In this document: positions 44,001 through 59,067 of the stretch, piece by piece
Numbering within the stretch: the first letter of the stretch is position 1
How the letters are laid out: the number at the start of each line of letters is the position of its first letter
Source of the DNA: Eledone cirrhosa
Lineage: Eukaryota
NCBI GenBank assembly: GCA_964016885.1
Contig: OZ024740.1
Coordinates: forward strand, 187,612,001-187,676,000
Direction: 5' to 3'
DNA: 64,000 nucleotides
Made by a program: the position numbers and the translations under genes
Notes under the pieces: model-generated
What the model saw: only the letters and a program-made list of their open reading frames with translations
Told to the model about the DNA's origin: nothing
Database searches by the model: none

Positions 44001-47000
44001 AATTCCAATGTTAAATATTTTGTGCAATGTATTTTGAAGCCGAGGTTGAAAACTCATCATCACCTTACTCTCTGTGCAGATGTGTCTTGTTACATTTGAT
44101 GATTTTTCTCACCATGCTGCTTCAACAATACATTGTCTTGTTTTAATCTATAGTTTTTCCATAGCTGAAAGAACCCAAAGAAAATGTTAATGCGGCAAGT
44201 AAAGAGATTTGCACAGTTTGACCTTGCTTTGTGTTGCTTTGAAATTTGTCAGGCAAAACTTATGGTGAAGTAGGAAGACATTGCATTCAAATATCAAGTA
44301 TGACTACTACATCTAACACTTTGTATTAAGAGATCTCAGTAGAAATGTTTGCTATTAAAGATGAGAACCAAAAACTTGACATAGAACTTTTTATAAGAGT
44401 ATGTATTTGCGAATGCACATTAACTGACTAACCATGGTTTCTCAGGATAGCAAAATATCTAGTTTCCAGTCGTAAATACAACTATCGTATGGTTATATCC
44501 CCTACTGTGGTATTGTAAGCTTCATGACAGACATCATGTTCATTATTAGGTCCTTTTTTCAGGCAATGTTTTATGGCTGGATACCTTTCTAGACAGCAAA
44601 CCTTTTAATCTCTTCATATAACATGCTGGGATACTGTTTACCTATTCTAAGATGGATACACACGAAAAAGAATTATGAGGCAGGAAACTAAAATGAATAT
44701 TATACTAATATTCACAAAATCGAATATATTTGTGTTGCATGTGGAAAAGTGATTGGGCAGAACCTTTCATCAATGATAAATCTTCTAACAATGGCTCTGT
44801 CTAACATTTTAGAATGTCTTTCTTATATCTCTCTAACTTATTCAATTTCATTAACTTTATTAACTCATTTTTGCTAATGCAGATCATTATTAGTTTCCGT
44901 ATATTCTATTTATTTCTGCTGGGAAATCTTAAGTACATCCTGATAATTTTAAGTGTCATTTTTAGTTTACATAAACTACTAAAATATGTTTTCTGTCATT
45001 TTGAGAAATACTGATTGCTATTAGAATGTGTAAATGTTCAGACCTTGTCCATCCTTTTAAATTCTGTAATGTATAGCTATTGCAGAAGTGCTGGTCAATT
45101 TTTTATGAGAAAATATGTAACAGCATTGTTTATAGAAAAGCTGATATTAACTCATTGTGCCATATTTTTAGTAATACTCTCACGTATTTGAGAAATAGAT
45201 ATGAAGCAACATATTAAATCAAAATATTTACATTTTACATAATTTCTGTGTGGCTGTGCTTGTAAATAACTGCAAATGACTTTAAAAAATGTTTTTGTGC
45301 TCTTTGCATATGTATGTGCATGTGTGTGTTTATGTGTGTTTTTAGTGATATATTTGATTTTCTTTTGAAAAATATGAAAGCAAAATTTTAATGATGTAGT
45401 AAAACATGATAAAAAAAATTGTTATATGATAAAACGTTAATGGGTTATATACACACATGACTCAAAACTAGGTTTTCAGAAATGCATCCACAATTTTTGA
45501 AAAGAAAAATGATAAAAATATTCTGAGTGCTTTTGTAGCATTTAACTTTTTTAACATTTAACTTTTTCTTATTTATATCTTTGAAATTGAAGTATGTAAA
45601 AACATTTTTAGAAAATGTTATGTAGTATTCCAAAAGTATATATCAAAAGTAGTAGATTGAATTCTGGTTTCCTTTTAGAATAGTAAAATGTTAGCAGAAA
45701 TTATTTTTTCCTTTAACTATATAAATCTTTGTAGATAATATAGTAAATCTTTTTTTTTATCCATATAAATGCTAGTCAAATAGTAGTTTTAAGAAAAATA
45801 TTCAACTTCTCTTGGAGGGTGTTAATTAAAACTATCATACTTAAAACTAGAACTATTTTGTGTTGATGAAACACAGATGCAAACAAAAAAGTATTTATAT
45901 TTGTCTCTTAAAGTGTCATTGCTTAATATTAAAGTAACATAAATGATACATCAGTGTGATAAATATGTGGCTGCTTTAATCAAATTATGATGGTTAAAGA
46001 CAACCAAATAACTTATAATCTGTTTATGCTATCATTTTAAGAAAATAACTATTTTGTATATTTCATTAATTTCACAAATGGTGAAGATGAAATTAATGTA
46101 TCTTACAAAACAATTTGAGTCTATCTTAAATATAGGATCTTCTTTTTTTTCCATTTGAGAGAATTTATGCCTTCTACCAGAAATTCTAATGTTCTCAGAA
46201 TCATTGTGGGTGTTTTATTGGCTGAAATAAATATTGCATTAAATACCTCACATACATCTTAGTTTCATTGTAAGCTTGTGGTTCTGATATTTGTAAATCG
46301 TCCTATTATACGTTAGATGGTTGTGTATAATTTTTAATCTAACGTTTATGACAGAAAGGTTAGGAATCCAAGAGAAGTTGGTACATATATTATTTATATT
46401 TTGATTTTAGATTAGAATTGTTTTTTTTATTATGGGCAAATGGCATGCCATTCAAGGTTATCATTATTTTTGCCTATTATGTTTTGGTATGATGTTGGAA
46501 TCACATTGAGGTGTCCTTTGATATTAATAAATATAGTTTAATTATATGATTTTTGTATAGTATTAATGATAAATAAATTCTATTAGTATATTTTGCTATT
46601 TTCAAAGATATATTATTTTAAAGACCATGATATGGACTAGTTGATTACATTTTATGATAATAAAAATGTATCTGTATATACTTTTAACAATCATAGAAGC
46701 CCTCATATTTTTTAGAAAACCATAAATATTGATAACATGACAATTGATTTTGATAATAATCTCTACTAAAAAGAAAGAAAATGCAAGTATGATTGTTTCT
46801 GAATCTTCAAATTTGTTTTTGTTCATCACCCCATTGTACATGTTTTTAGCTTCTTGTTTAATATTAAAGAAGAAATATATTTTATTAGATTTTCTAGCAG
46901 CCAGACAGATTAATGCTTTTAGTTTAAAAAATGTTTGTATCTATCTACTGATATATGTTTGTTTGTGAATGAGTATGTTTATATGTGTGTATATTGGGTT

Positions 47001-48509
47001 GTGCACACATGTACATATTTCTATCTTTATAAGTAGGAAGTAATTGAAAAAGGTTGCTGCTAAAATATGAATAGTATAGGGAAACTAAACTTTTCAGAAA
47101 ATCTTGATTTTGTTTATGAATGATTCCTTAAATTAGAATGTATATATTTACTTATAAGAAGAAAAGAAACTTCAAATTTTAAAAATGTAGCTGTATGTAA
47201 TACTAATATTTATTCTAAATGTGAGTGAAATGAAGAGCTATATTGCTACTAAAAGAAAGAAACCTATTGTGTTTTTAATTTATTGGACATAGAGTGATGT
47301 GCAGATTATCATACTTGAGATGGTGAGTTTAAAATGAGTTTTGATTTTTTTTTGCATTAATAAAAAATATTCTCAGAAGGGACAAAAGAAAGAACCTCAG
47401 ATGCTTCAATCAGTTAACATTTAAATGGAAATATACAGTAGCAAGAATACGATTAATCTTTAACAGCCATGGTGATAACTTTCGACCAGATATGTGTTGG
47501 TCATTTTGGACCACTTCAGCAATACCATATATACTTTAATATAAACTGATTCAAATAGAAATTTGATCCCACTATTTTAAGTCTGAGAAATGGACAAAAA
47601 TTCAAACTCCGTTTATAAGCCAAGGCAGGTAACCAACACATTATGATGCATATGTGAAATTGTGGAGAAAATATGTATGAAGTTTTAATATTTAAAACGT
47701 TTTAAGTATCAGTTAGAGAAGGGATATTGTTTCAAAACTCCACTTTGTACAAAACCCCCAAGCGAATTCGAAATCAATGTCATATAAAGAAATGGGGATA
47801 TATTTTTAGTGTAAGGTATTATTAAAAAAAGATTTTCTTTAACCTTTATGAAGATCATTAACCCTTTAGCATTCACATTACTCTATATATACTATTATAT
47901 TTTCATGGTAAATGCTTTACCTCGCATAATTATCTCACATAATATCGAATCTATGAGATTTTGAAAGTATTTATTTTGAGAACAATACCTTAACATCAGT
48001 TTGAGTGACCAGTTACAGCCAGTTTCAACAGAAAAAGGTAGAGAATTCTGGCCGGTTTTGGCTGGTTTGAACATTAAAAGCACTAGGGTGAGATTGAAAT
48101 AAATAGGGAATAGTTGAAAGGGATCAACTAATATACTGCTCTCCACCAATTTTATCATCGATGTTTGGTCATATATTCCTCGGCTTATATTTGAGTATAT
48201 ATGGTAGATTTTGAGAGAAGAATTTTCACTGATAAAAGAAATTAAAATAACGACATTAGTGACCTATTAGCATTGTAATATTATCAGTACTATTTACAAT
48301 CCTTTCTCCCTGATGTTAAAATGTTTATGAATTATCTAAGATCAGACAAAGTGAATTTTTAATATTTTTTTTACTACGAAATACATAAGTACTAGTGATA
48401 TACTAAGACTACTCAACCATTATTACAATATCTATTCTGAAAATGACATAATTTTGAAAATGTAACTTAAATTTTACTAAAATTAATGATTTCTTTATTA
48501 TTGGCCACA

Positions 48510-48855
48510 TGGACTGAATATAGAGGACAATACAAAAACAGGGACAGTGGGGATTTAAATGCAATCGAGTACAAAAAATAATAAAACAAAAAAAATCAAT
48601 AACAGAATTCCGCAAAAGGGGAGGATACGACCCAGAGGTGACAATAGGAACCCCACAAATCCCAACCCACCCTCATCTCGAAGAGGACCCTACTCATCTC
48701 TCCCTCCATCTTTCCATCTTTACAGGCACATGCTCAGAGTGGGCCCATTCACATGGGCCATTCTCAACAATCACCCACCTTTTAAAAAATGTTCTGAGGG
48801 CAGAGGTGGCAGCATTTTCTCTCCACCCTTACCTCCCTTTCCAAGTGGAACTTGA
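48510..48855 (-). mobile_element. Possible 3' end of a Tx1/L1-like LINE
   Basis: GC-richer island; minus strand ends RMAHVNGPTLSMCL* followed by a T-rich UTR. Family assignment is from recall only. Confidence 0.35.
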
Positions 48856-49683
48856 ATTAGTTGATGAGGGCTTGACTGAAGACCTCTTCAGTCACATCCA
48901 CCACACCGCCTCTTTCGCTATAGCTATCAGACAGAGGGAAACTGCCTGCTTTCCTGCTCAAAAGAACACAGCAGGGCAATCTTCACATCCCACATGTGAC
49001 AATTGTTGTTCAACATATTTACTGAAATTAATGATAACTATTATTGTTATGTTTTCTTCCCATCCTCATTGCTGAAGGCCAGGTACCATGAACAATTGAA
49101 CCAATGCTGATCTATATGATGCTGTATGTCCATGATTCTCATCAGGAAAAAGTGACATCTATGGGTCCCAAATCTAACCATTGTAATCTCATTTCTGAGG
49201 GATGAAGCTGTTGGCCACTTGGATTATGCAGTTAACGAGCTTATCATAATAGATAATATATTATGAAATTTCAGTATATTTTTAGTAGTAAGTTTTTGTT
49301 ATGTTGCACATGTATTCATTATGAAATAAAACATGAACCAACATCTTTTCTTACAATCATCACATCTTGCGTACATAACATTTAAATACATATATTCAAC
49401 CCAATCTAAGCTGCGTTTTGTTATGTTTTGGAATTTCATTTGTAGTCATCTTTTATTATTTGTGGTTTGTAAAATCAGAAGACTGAACCTAACAGAATGT
49501 CTTTTTTTGGAGGAAACAAAATGTGTGCGGAACTATACTGTATTTAATCAATCTTCTAATAAACGCGAATCTTGTAGATATATAATTGTAAAGCTATTGT
49601 CGGGATTATATTTTTATTGAAAATTTTAAAAGTTACATAAGATTATCTTTATGAATTATGTTCATTATTTATCTATTAATATT

Positions 49684-49872
49684 AGGGTGGTGGATTGGCA
49701 GTATCGGTAGAGGGTCGGACACCATGCTTTCCAGCATAGTTACATCCCTTTACAGTCTGAGTTCAAATCCCGCCGAGATTAACTTTGCATTTCATCCTTA
49801 CAGGGTTGATAAAATAAAGTACCAGTAATGCTCTGGGGGAATTTCTGGCCTTGTGCCAAAAGTAGAAACAAT
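49684..49872 (+). mobile_element. tRNA-derived SINE, short-tail form
   Basis: TGGCAGTATCGG (A box), GAGTTCAAATCC (B box), Meta-like body, tail GGCCTTGTGCCAAAAGTAGAAAC; flanking repeat ATTATTT(T)ATCTATT. Confidence 0.9.
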
Positions 49873-50149
49873 TATTTATCTATTCCATTGCTGTAATTCG
49901 TTTTGTAGATTTATTCTATTATAAAGTTGTGTTAATATATTGTGATTTTTCACATTTCCACAATTGTGTTTTAAATATCAAGGACTAAATTTATCAAATG
50001 TGATCATACTATTTTAAGACATTAAAATGTGATTTCAGAGAGAGTTAACTGCAAATTCTAGATATCCTGTGACAACATAGACTGCCTTCAACTTATATGT
50101 TAGACATGTAAACTAATAATTTCTATATAGATTTGTCTTAATATAGTCT

Positions 50150-50392
50150 CGTGTAGGTGTCACGACAAAAAAACACACAGTCCACGCTGTAATGTAGCCG
50201 TGTAGGTAACACGGTAAAAACCTCCCAGTCCACATTGTAAACGTGGTTGGTGTTAGGAAGGGCATCCAGCTGTAGAAAACCTGCCAGACAGTCCTATACG
50301 AGCAAGACAACCAATCTTGCCTCAAGTAGGACAATTCCCGTCTAAACCCATGCTAGCGGGGAAGATTGACGTTAAACGATGATGATGATGAT
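50150..50392 (+). mobile_element. SINE/RTE-type 3' segment with (GAT)n tail
   Basis: GTTGGTGTTAGGAAGGGCATCCAGCTGTAGAAA..ACCCATGCTAGC..GACGTTAAACGATGATGATGATG; reverse copy at 58193-58385. Confidence 0.75.
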
Positions 50393-53069
50393 AGTTTAAT
50401 ATTATAAGCTAATGACCTTAAAATTAAAATAACTCGTAGTAGAATTATGAATTCTTAAAATTCTAGGGTAAAATATATATAAAGAAATTAGCAATCAGTA
50501 TATGCCAATAAAATGCATTTAACAATTTTCTATATTTTCATGCTTTTAATGAAGGTTTGTCTTAAGAATATATCTCAAATGTTTTTATGTAATAGAAAAT
50601 AATTATTAGTTGATTACTCTGGAGTTAGAAGTTGAATTAACTTAACCTCTTGAAGAATAAGCTTTTTCCAAACATTCATGTTATGTAGCTATTATTCTAT
50701 TTCAAGATTAGACTATTAGAGATATATATATGAGCTTATGTAGCTAGCAATGTGCATGTGTAGTAAGGTTCAATAAATTACATTACCTTATAGCTTTCTC
50801 AGAATGAGATTTAAAGATAATGCAGCTTCTGGAGATATATTTACGGTTTTCTCTATCTTAAACTACATCTCAGAAATTTCTCATTGCTGTTATTTAAATC
50901 CTACATTTGTATACATTCTTGTGTCAGATATTTTATCATTTAATGTCTTTCCAAGAACTGCCAATATGACATGATATTTCTATCCATTTTATTGATGGGT
51001 AAACCCAGTTGATATTTGCAACTGATCAAATCAGTAATTTGTCATCATATAGGCCTGGACTGAATTAAACATATTTTGTTATATCATCAATATTGTATAT
51101 TAGGATCATGTGGTACAGCTTACTGATGTAAGCAAGTTCAACTGAAGCACTGTAATAAATAAACTTACTCTACATAATATATTGATTACTCTCTGCTTTT
51201 TTTGTTAAACAACTTGCAGATTATTAGAATCATCATCATCATCATTTAACATCCATTTTTCATGCTAGCATGGGTATATATATATCATCATCATCGTTTA
51301 GTGTCCATCTTCCACACTAACATATATATATATATATATAGTTTTTCAAAATACTTACATATGTACATATGTATGTATATTTCTGAATGGCAAGTAGTTT
51401 TCTTTTAATATATACAATCAGAATGTATATATTTGTATTTCAGAATGCCAAGTAGAAGTTTTTAAATATACAATAATAATGTTTAAATAGAATTACGTCA
51501 ATCATTTGAGAATTCTCTTTTATGAAATAGCTTATTTGAAACATCTTTAAATTGCAATTGTCACTTCAAGTAGACTCATCACATTTATAAGCAACAATAA
51601 ACTGTAAAGGAATTTACAAAAAAATAAAAAAGATATGAAAAATGAATATAAAATATTTAAAGCAATCTTTGCTTATGAATTTGAGTTTTATGAGTAAAAA
51701 GATTCCTAAATCTTTTTTTTAATTTCATCGAAAAAAAAACTATACACTATACTGGGTTTGCTTATGAAGTCAGTATGTATATAAACAGCTATTGGCTCCA
51801 TTACATTTTACTTAGTGATAACCAGACATACACCATTATATGATATCCATTCATCATAACCTGAATAATATTGGATCGATGAAACGAAGATTTTGCAATA
51901 AGCTTTTTCTTGCACTGTAGGTAAAATTGAGACCTTATCTATTATTCTGTTTTAAGTGTTTACCTTTGTTTTATTGACATTTCAGAGATAGCAAAACAGT
52001 TTTGTGGAAATATTTGCCATCTTTCTTACATTTACTATTTACTTTCTATTTTTGTCTCATTTTATCTTATTTGATTTTTTAAAAAAGAGAATTCTCCTCA
52101 TCAGAATTGAATTTTGTCTTTTATTAGTTTTTAAATTATTTTGTTTAAACAACTTTGGTACACAGCATCTTCTTGATAAGCTAACCTGACAGTGTAAAAT
52201 GACTTGAGATAAAAGTATATATAATTAGATAATGCATGAATTTATTGACTTCCCAGTGACAAAAGTACTCTGTGAGTAACATGATAAAAGATCAACTATT
52301 GATTTGTCAAAGAATGAGAGTTTGCATGCTTAAGTAAACTTTGAATATAAACTTATTTAGAGGTTGTACATTTTATTTAGATAGAGGGATAGATCTATTT
52401 GTTTCAACAATATGAAAATCTAATTACAAATATTATTTATCAGGGATAACTTTCAAAGTTATATAGTATGAATACCTACAAATTTATTTTCATTAAGATC
52501 TCTACCATTTTAAATTAATAAAAGACAAGTTCATGGTCTCGTAAATTGTGTATGCATTCACTGAATGCCATTTGAACAGTTATGAATTCTTTTGAATTAT
52601 TGCAGCAGATTGTTTCATTCTGCTTTTGGTTGCTATAATAAATTTTGAATTGAACTCTGCGATGTAGAAAAACTATTTTATTCAAGTGTTTGGCAGCTCT
52701 GCTGATCATCTTTTTGAGTGTTGTTTATGCATAAAAAATGTATATAACCTTATTTTGTAGTTCATATATTCTTGAGTTCATTTCAACTAAGTATAAAGTT
52801 GTGTAATGAAGAAGTACAGCATGAAGGGCATTTTGATTTGATTAATATTTTGTTAATTTGAAGTGCTAGGTAATTTGTCAACCTGGCTGAAAGTAATGGA
52901 AAATAGATCCCATGTACCACCATACTATAGAAACTGGAATTATCTACATTGTTAAAAGCACAACATTATGCATACAGTGGCTGGCAGGATTCAGGATGAA
53001 AAAGGAAATATATCCTCTTTTTCACTAACCAATGGTTTTCCTTTTGAATAAGAGACAGCATGCATGCAT

Positions 53070-53310
53070 TATCCTGTAACTCCTGAGCGAGTTGTAAGGG
53101 TGCCGTATGGACATATGGCATTTCTAGGGCATTTTAAAACCTGGTGGAGCCCATCTCCCCTCCATGTCTGAATACAGCAGATTTCATTCAGAAAAGTATA
53201 GAGAGAGTGAGAGAATAGAAGTGAGAAAGAGATATAAAGAAAGAATCGACCTCAGTACTAGATTGGTACTTTATTTATTGAACTCAAATGTATGAAAGTT
53301 GACTTTGAAT
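53070..53310 (-). mobile_element. Long-tail SINE, 5' truncated
   Basis: Reverse complement of the body end, (CT)n spacer and tail seen at 19340-19560. Confidence 0.65.
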
Positions 53311-55119
53311 AAGAGACAACATATTTCTTAAATTCAACTATTCAAATTAATCTTACATAACATATTATGACTCACCTGATATATAACTAATCTCTGTACA
53401 TGTCAACAGTGAAGACTGTAGTCTTTGAAAATGTGATATGATTAAATTCTGCTGAAAGTCATTACAAGTCCAATATATTTGATAACCTAATACTGAACCT
53501 ACAATAATCCTTGGGCAACAGTGCATGTTGCCGTATATTGGACGTAATTGCTATTAGATTATTGTATGATTCTTGTTCTTCACCATGGTGATGACATAAT
53601 TTGTTGAAACAATCAGGACTTTAGTGTTTTTAGTCTGAGTCACTACTAGTTAAAAGTACACTTTTGTCAATGGTAGTAGTACTCTACTGCTCACAACAGT
53701 GAATATTCCTTATGCTTATTACCTACCTTTTGTACAAAGATGAAATCAGCCATATATAAGTAAAGCCACAGATGTAGCATACTGTCGGTGTTAGGGCACA
53801 AAATACCAACGCCCTGATGGTAACATAACACTTTATCAACTGAGATAGTTATGAATTTCTGTTACAATTTTATGAAATTCAGTGAAATTCCATTATAATC
53901 ATAATTTCATTATTCACGGAGTATTAAAAACATGCTTGAAATGAGATCATCCAAACAAATCAAGTGTTTGTTTATTACCTCAGGGATTGAAAAACATTTC
54001 GTTATACTAATTAATTCGTTATAATGGTATTTGTTGTAATGGACATTTACCCATACACATACCTCCCATCTAGTTCTTTTGTGAGGATTCAAAATATTGT
54101 ATGCTAATCTAAACAATTTTTACTGGAATATGGAAGGTTAGGTTAATGTTGCACATGAATCAATGTCTCCTTCTGATGAAAAGTGCTGTTGTTGAACTGA
54201 TAGGAAATGAAAATTTAAGAAATTAAAGAGGGAAAATATGAAGAAATGTTAACTGACACTAATAAATGTACTCAACAACCTGATTCATATATGTTTACTA
54301 CAATCCGGTTTAAGTTTATTACAGTTGTTTTTATTTTGCTGAAAATTATCTGATATTTTGTGGCACTGAAAGTAATTCTAACATGCTAAACTTTCAATGT
54401 TTAGCGCAAATCAATGTGATATTGTAGGAGTTGTGATATAAGTGCTGGTTGTTTTATCTTATTCCTTTAAAATGTAATTTAGAAGAGATTTTTTTTATAT
54501 GTGAAAATTTGATTTAATATTGTTTTTCCTTAGTTCTCAGTGAGAAATATTTTCTTTATCTTGCAAATTTAATTTTGCATCACATTTTTTAATTTATTCG
54601 GCTTCTTTTGCATTTCCTATTCCTGATATATTGGGATTAAAGGTTTTGGTACTTAATCGAATCTGAAACTATAATTTTGAATTTATATGGTATATTTGAA
54701 TTATTTCTTGGAACTGGTGTAGAGTTTGGTGAGCCAGTATCTTGCCTATATTTTGTGTTTCATGACTCCAAATTCTTATCTGACTAGGGTTTAATTATTT
54801 ATTCCTAGTGTTGCTAAAATAAGTATATATAACATTCTTGGATTAACCATTATAGTCAGGAGGTGGTCAGTGCTCATGGCCCTTTTCAGGATGGCCAAGA
54901 CTGGTGGGAGTGAGGAAGGTATCTTCAAAATAAAAATGTGGTCCAAATACAGAACGGAATTTGCTAAGGACACCAAAACTGGGTGACAGATTAAGTTTAC
55001 CACTCAAATAGTCCATAGCTTGATTGCAACTCAGAATACACAGAGCCAACACATACATCAATTCATCCTTTCTTATGCTCTAATGATTCTGCCAGTTTAC
55101 TGTCCTAGACTGATATTTT

Positions 55120-56310
55120 CATCATCATCATTTTATGTCAGTCCTTTCATGCTTGCTAGTGTTGGACGGGTTTACTCCATCACAGACTCATTCTGATAGT
55201 TGCTTACTTTTGTCATCTCCACGAGATTCACTGATTGAGATCAACTCTCACAACTGTGGCCCAGATTTTCCTCAGTCTTCATTCTCTGCAGCTTCCTTCC
55301 ACTTGGATCGCCCAGCATTTCTTCACACATCGATCATCAGCCATATATGTGTCCATACTTGAATGCCACGTCTGATTTCTCTTATGATTAGTTTTTCTCT
55401 TAGTTTCTCTATGCTTAGATTCTCATGTACACTAATGTTACACATCCATCAGAACATACTCATTTCATTTTGTAGGTCTTAGCATATTCTCAGCATTCAC
55501 TGTTCATACAATCTGCATACAATCTGCGTTTCACTTGTAGAGAGGACCCTTTTGTTCTCACCATTAGCAGTAACTCCCTGAACATTTTTCATCTTGTTCT
55601 TATTCTACCTACTATGCTTTCAGAACAAGCTCTATCACTGCTAATTAGGTCACCTAAGTAACAAAAGTTGTTAACCACCTCAATCGAACCTATTCTGCTT
55701 TGGAAAAAAGTTTATTTACTATTCTTGTGCTCCTGTCATATACACATTTTGCTTCTCTACTATCCAACTACCCCTTTTGAATACCCATATTTAGCATTGT
55801 GTACATCATATAGAGTTCATATCTAATCCATTTGTGTGCATTAAGCATGGCTACCTCCATAATTGTATCAGTCTTGTCCTCTTTCCTACTTACTAAGTTT
55901 ATTTTGAAGTATTTTGTTTCTAAGTTTTGTTTCCACAACTGGAATTTCTTCTCTAGTTTTTGCATAGATTTGGGTAAGAGCCAGGTCATCAGCATATAGA
56001 AGTTCTCATAAACAGCTAATCTTAAACTTCTAATATGAGCTGGGGAATAATATTAAACAGGAATAAGCTGATCACAGAACCCTGATAACCAATTACTTGC
56101 ACATTAAATTTCTGAGTTAACAGATTACTTACTCTTTTCACTGATAGCCCCTCTGAACATGGCTTGCACAGCGCTCAAAAGCTTTCTATCAGATAACAGA
56201 TAATGGTATTCTGTCAAACACATTCTCCAGATCAGTGAAAGTCAAGTATAGTGATCTATGTCTAGTCAGTAACCTCTCTTGCTGTTGTCTCACTATGAAG
56301 AAAGCATCCT
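55120..56310 (-). mobile_element. Decayed RTE-clade LINE 3' half with (GAT)n tail
   Basis: Minus-strand remnants DAFFIVRQQQE, FTDLENVFDR, LLYADDL, NFCYLGDLISS; resembles 33584-34200. Confidence 0.78.
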
Positions 56311-57864
56311 ATTTATCAAAACCAGGAGGAGGGTAGGCAAAGTCGGCTTCAGTATTATTTGAACTTAAATGCAAGGAACGGGTCTAAATACTGGAAGTCG
56401 TTTTGTATGATGATCTAATGCGTTTGCAGTATCATCTACAATCTCTTATATCAAATCATCTGGATCCTGCAGCAAGATTTATTGAGGACAGCTGGAGATT
56501 AGATTGGATGCAGGAGTTACAGAGTTTAACTAGATATCCTTTGCAGTACTTAGCTCTAATTCTTCTGTTAGTGTTATATTGCTTAGCTTTCAGCTATCCC
56601 GATTTGTTAAAGGTTATGGCTATATTATTTTATAGGTAATGAAATATGAGAAATAAAGTGGTACTGGATATATATGTATCCAAACCTTACTATGGTGATT
56701 TTGAAAAGTAATATATAAAAATGCAATGCATTTTTATAAGGGGCCAAAACACTTGCTTGAGGGAGAATTTCATTTCTGAAGACCATCTGCTATTCAGATC
56801 TTATGAGAGATTCTTACCTCTTATGAAAGGCAGTGTACAGGGTTTTCTCAATGGAACTGAGTTTGATTTCTTCTATAAACTTCAGATTTAAAGGTAGTAT
56901 CCATATTTTTTAAGCAGCTTATTAGCATAAGTGAAGTGAAATGAGCTTAAACTGGAAATTGAACAAACTGGATTGCTTGCTGTGTTGATTCATTAGTAGA
57001 ATTATCATGTAGTAAAGTAATAGGAATGTGAGTGGGGTTTGTATTTTTTCCTATTTTTTCAGACTTTTCTATTTAGTTTGCAGTTCATTAAGGTGTTAGG
57101 GTTAAAATTGTAAGAGCATTCTAATTTAAAATTATAAAAATACATATTGGATAACAGGATATAACACTTGTCATATATGATGGTTAGTTAAGCAGCGATC
57201 AGTTGGAGATAATTCCCTCTATTTAAGATTTCATTTCATTTCATTCCCTCTCTCCCTCCTTCTCTTTTTCCCCACCTCTCTTTCTCTCTATATATATATA
57301 CACACACATACTAATAACATTTTATAAATACACATGTACTCATTACCCTGTTGCTTTCTGCTCTTTCATGGTGGCATAGAAGCTATGGAATATCTAAGTG
57401 TTGATAAAAAAAGGTTATTTGAAAATCAGTGAATGTTGAAATATTCTGAGCTGTTTCAATCATAACTCTGCTTGTCACGGTTCGTATCCTATGTTTGTTT
57501 ATATATATTGATAGACACATACTTTCAATTCAATCCAGGGTCTTCTCACACCTGTTGGAGTAACCCTTTTCTTTGTTTGTTTTTGGTCAGGCCATTGTGT
57601 AGTCATACTCACCATGCTTGGCCAATTGCAGGTTGATGAAGTTAATTAACCCATAGTTGGGGTCGATGGCTGTTGATTCTGATGTGGGAGTCGGTGTAGT
57701 TGCTGACCACTCGACCATGAAGCAGGTTGTACTGGGTTACATATTATGAGTAGCTTGAAATTACTCACATACTTATACAACAAAAATTGGCCAGTCAGTA
57801 GTATTTCTGCTAATGCATGTGTGTGTGTATATATATATATACACACACACTTAAATAGTGTTTT

Positions 57865-58170
57865 GAATTGGCAGGATTATTAGAACATCATATGGAATGC
57901 TTTGTTTCAGTTCACTGCTCTTTGAGTTTAAACTTTACCACGTTCAACTTTGCTTTTCAAGGTAGATAAAAGAAAAGTACCATTACTGGGGTCAATTCTT
58001 CCTCTAGGTCTCTTTCTCACATCTGTTCTCTCACACTCTATTCTTCTCTAGAAGAAATCTGCTGTATTCAGACCTGGACAGGGATGGGGTCCACCAGGTG
58101 TAAAAATAGCCTACAAATGCTGTATGTCAATATGTTGCCCATAAAACTCCCTCTGGAGTTATGAGACCAT
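57865..58170 (+). mobile_element. tRNA-derived SINE, long-tail form
   Basis: TTGGCAGGATT, GAGTTTAAAC, CTTTGCTTTTCA..AGTACC, (CT)-rich spacer, tail GAAGAAATCTGCTGTATTCAGACCTGG. Confidence 0.68.
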
Positions 58171-58192
58171 GCATGCATATATATATATATAT

Positions 58193-58385
58193 CATCATCA
58201 TCGTTGCCGTTTTACATCCATTCTTCCACGCTAGCATGGGTTAGACAGGTTGTCCTGTTGTGGGCACTGCCCAGTTGGCTGACCATGTCTTGCTCATACA
58301 GGAACTCATTCTGGCTTGAATTCTACAGCTGGATTCCCTTCCTAGCACCAACCTCATTTACAGTGAGTGCTGGGTGCTTTTTTCC
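58193..58385 (-). mobile_element. SINE/RTE-type 3' segment with (GAT)n tail
   Basis: Reverse-complement homolog of 50200-50392. Confidence 0.72.
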
Positions 58386-58507
58386 CGTGCCGCCTACACG
58401 TCCACTTTAGGGTGTGGGCTGTGCCTTTTTTGCCGTGGCGCCTCAACGACCATTTTGCAGTGGGAGGGGGTGGAGGCATATTATCTATATGCTTCATATA
58501 TATATAT

Positions 58508-58632
58508 ATGAAAAGAGTCGGAACCACTACGGCTGAGGGCCGGTCATTTCGACAGCTAGATCCGAAAGCATTCAGATCTAGCTCTCGAAACGGCTGGCAC
58601 TCAGCCATCGGGGTCCTGACTCTTTTCCTATT
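58508..58632. repeat. ~125-bp imperfect palindrome (foldback) next to a TA run
   Basis: AAAAGAGTC..GGCTGAG..TTTCGA.AGCTAGATC (loop) GATCTAGCT.TCGAAA..CTCAGCC..GACTCTTTT; a third arm at ~58918-58965. Confidence 0.9.
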
Positions 58633-58752
58633 ATACTATTAAGTATTAAGTACCCTTTTCATATTTATATATATATATATATATATACATACATTCATGA
58701 GTCCTTGGTTCAATTGGGGGTAAGGTACTCAATACATTAGTAGATTGTAAAC

Positions 58753-58889
58753 ATCATGTTTAATATAGCAATGGCTTCTAGAGGACTAGAATTGTTTCAT
58801 TCAAAAGAAATTATCAGGAAAACCCAGATGATTTCTTTTGAATGAAACAATTCCAGTCCTGTAGAAGCCATTTCTATATTAAACATGAT
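58753..58889. repeat. ~137-bp imperfect palindrome
   Basis: ATCATGTTTAATATAG..AAAAGAAATTATC / GATGATTTCTTTT..CTATATTAAACATGAT with a ~11-nt loop. Confidence 0.92.
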
Positions 58890-59067
58890 ATATATTTAAA
58901 GATATATATGGAACTTTCTGTTGAAATGACAGGAGCTCAGCCACTGGATCCCGACTATTTATAATATATATATATAGTAATAATAAATACAAAGACCAGA
59001 ATCCAGAGAGGACACGATAATGGTTGTATATATATATAAGTATATATAAACTCTTAGAGCAAATATT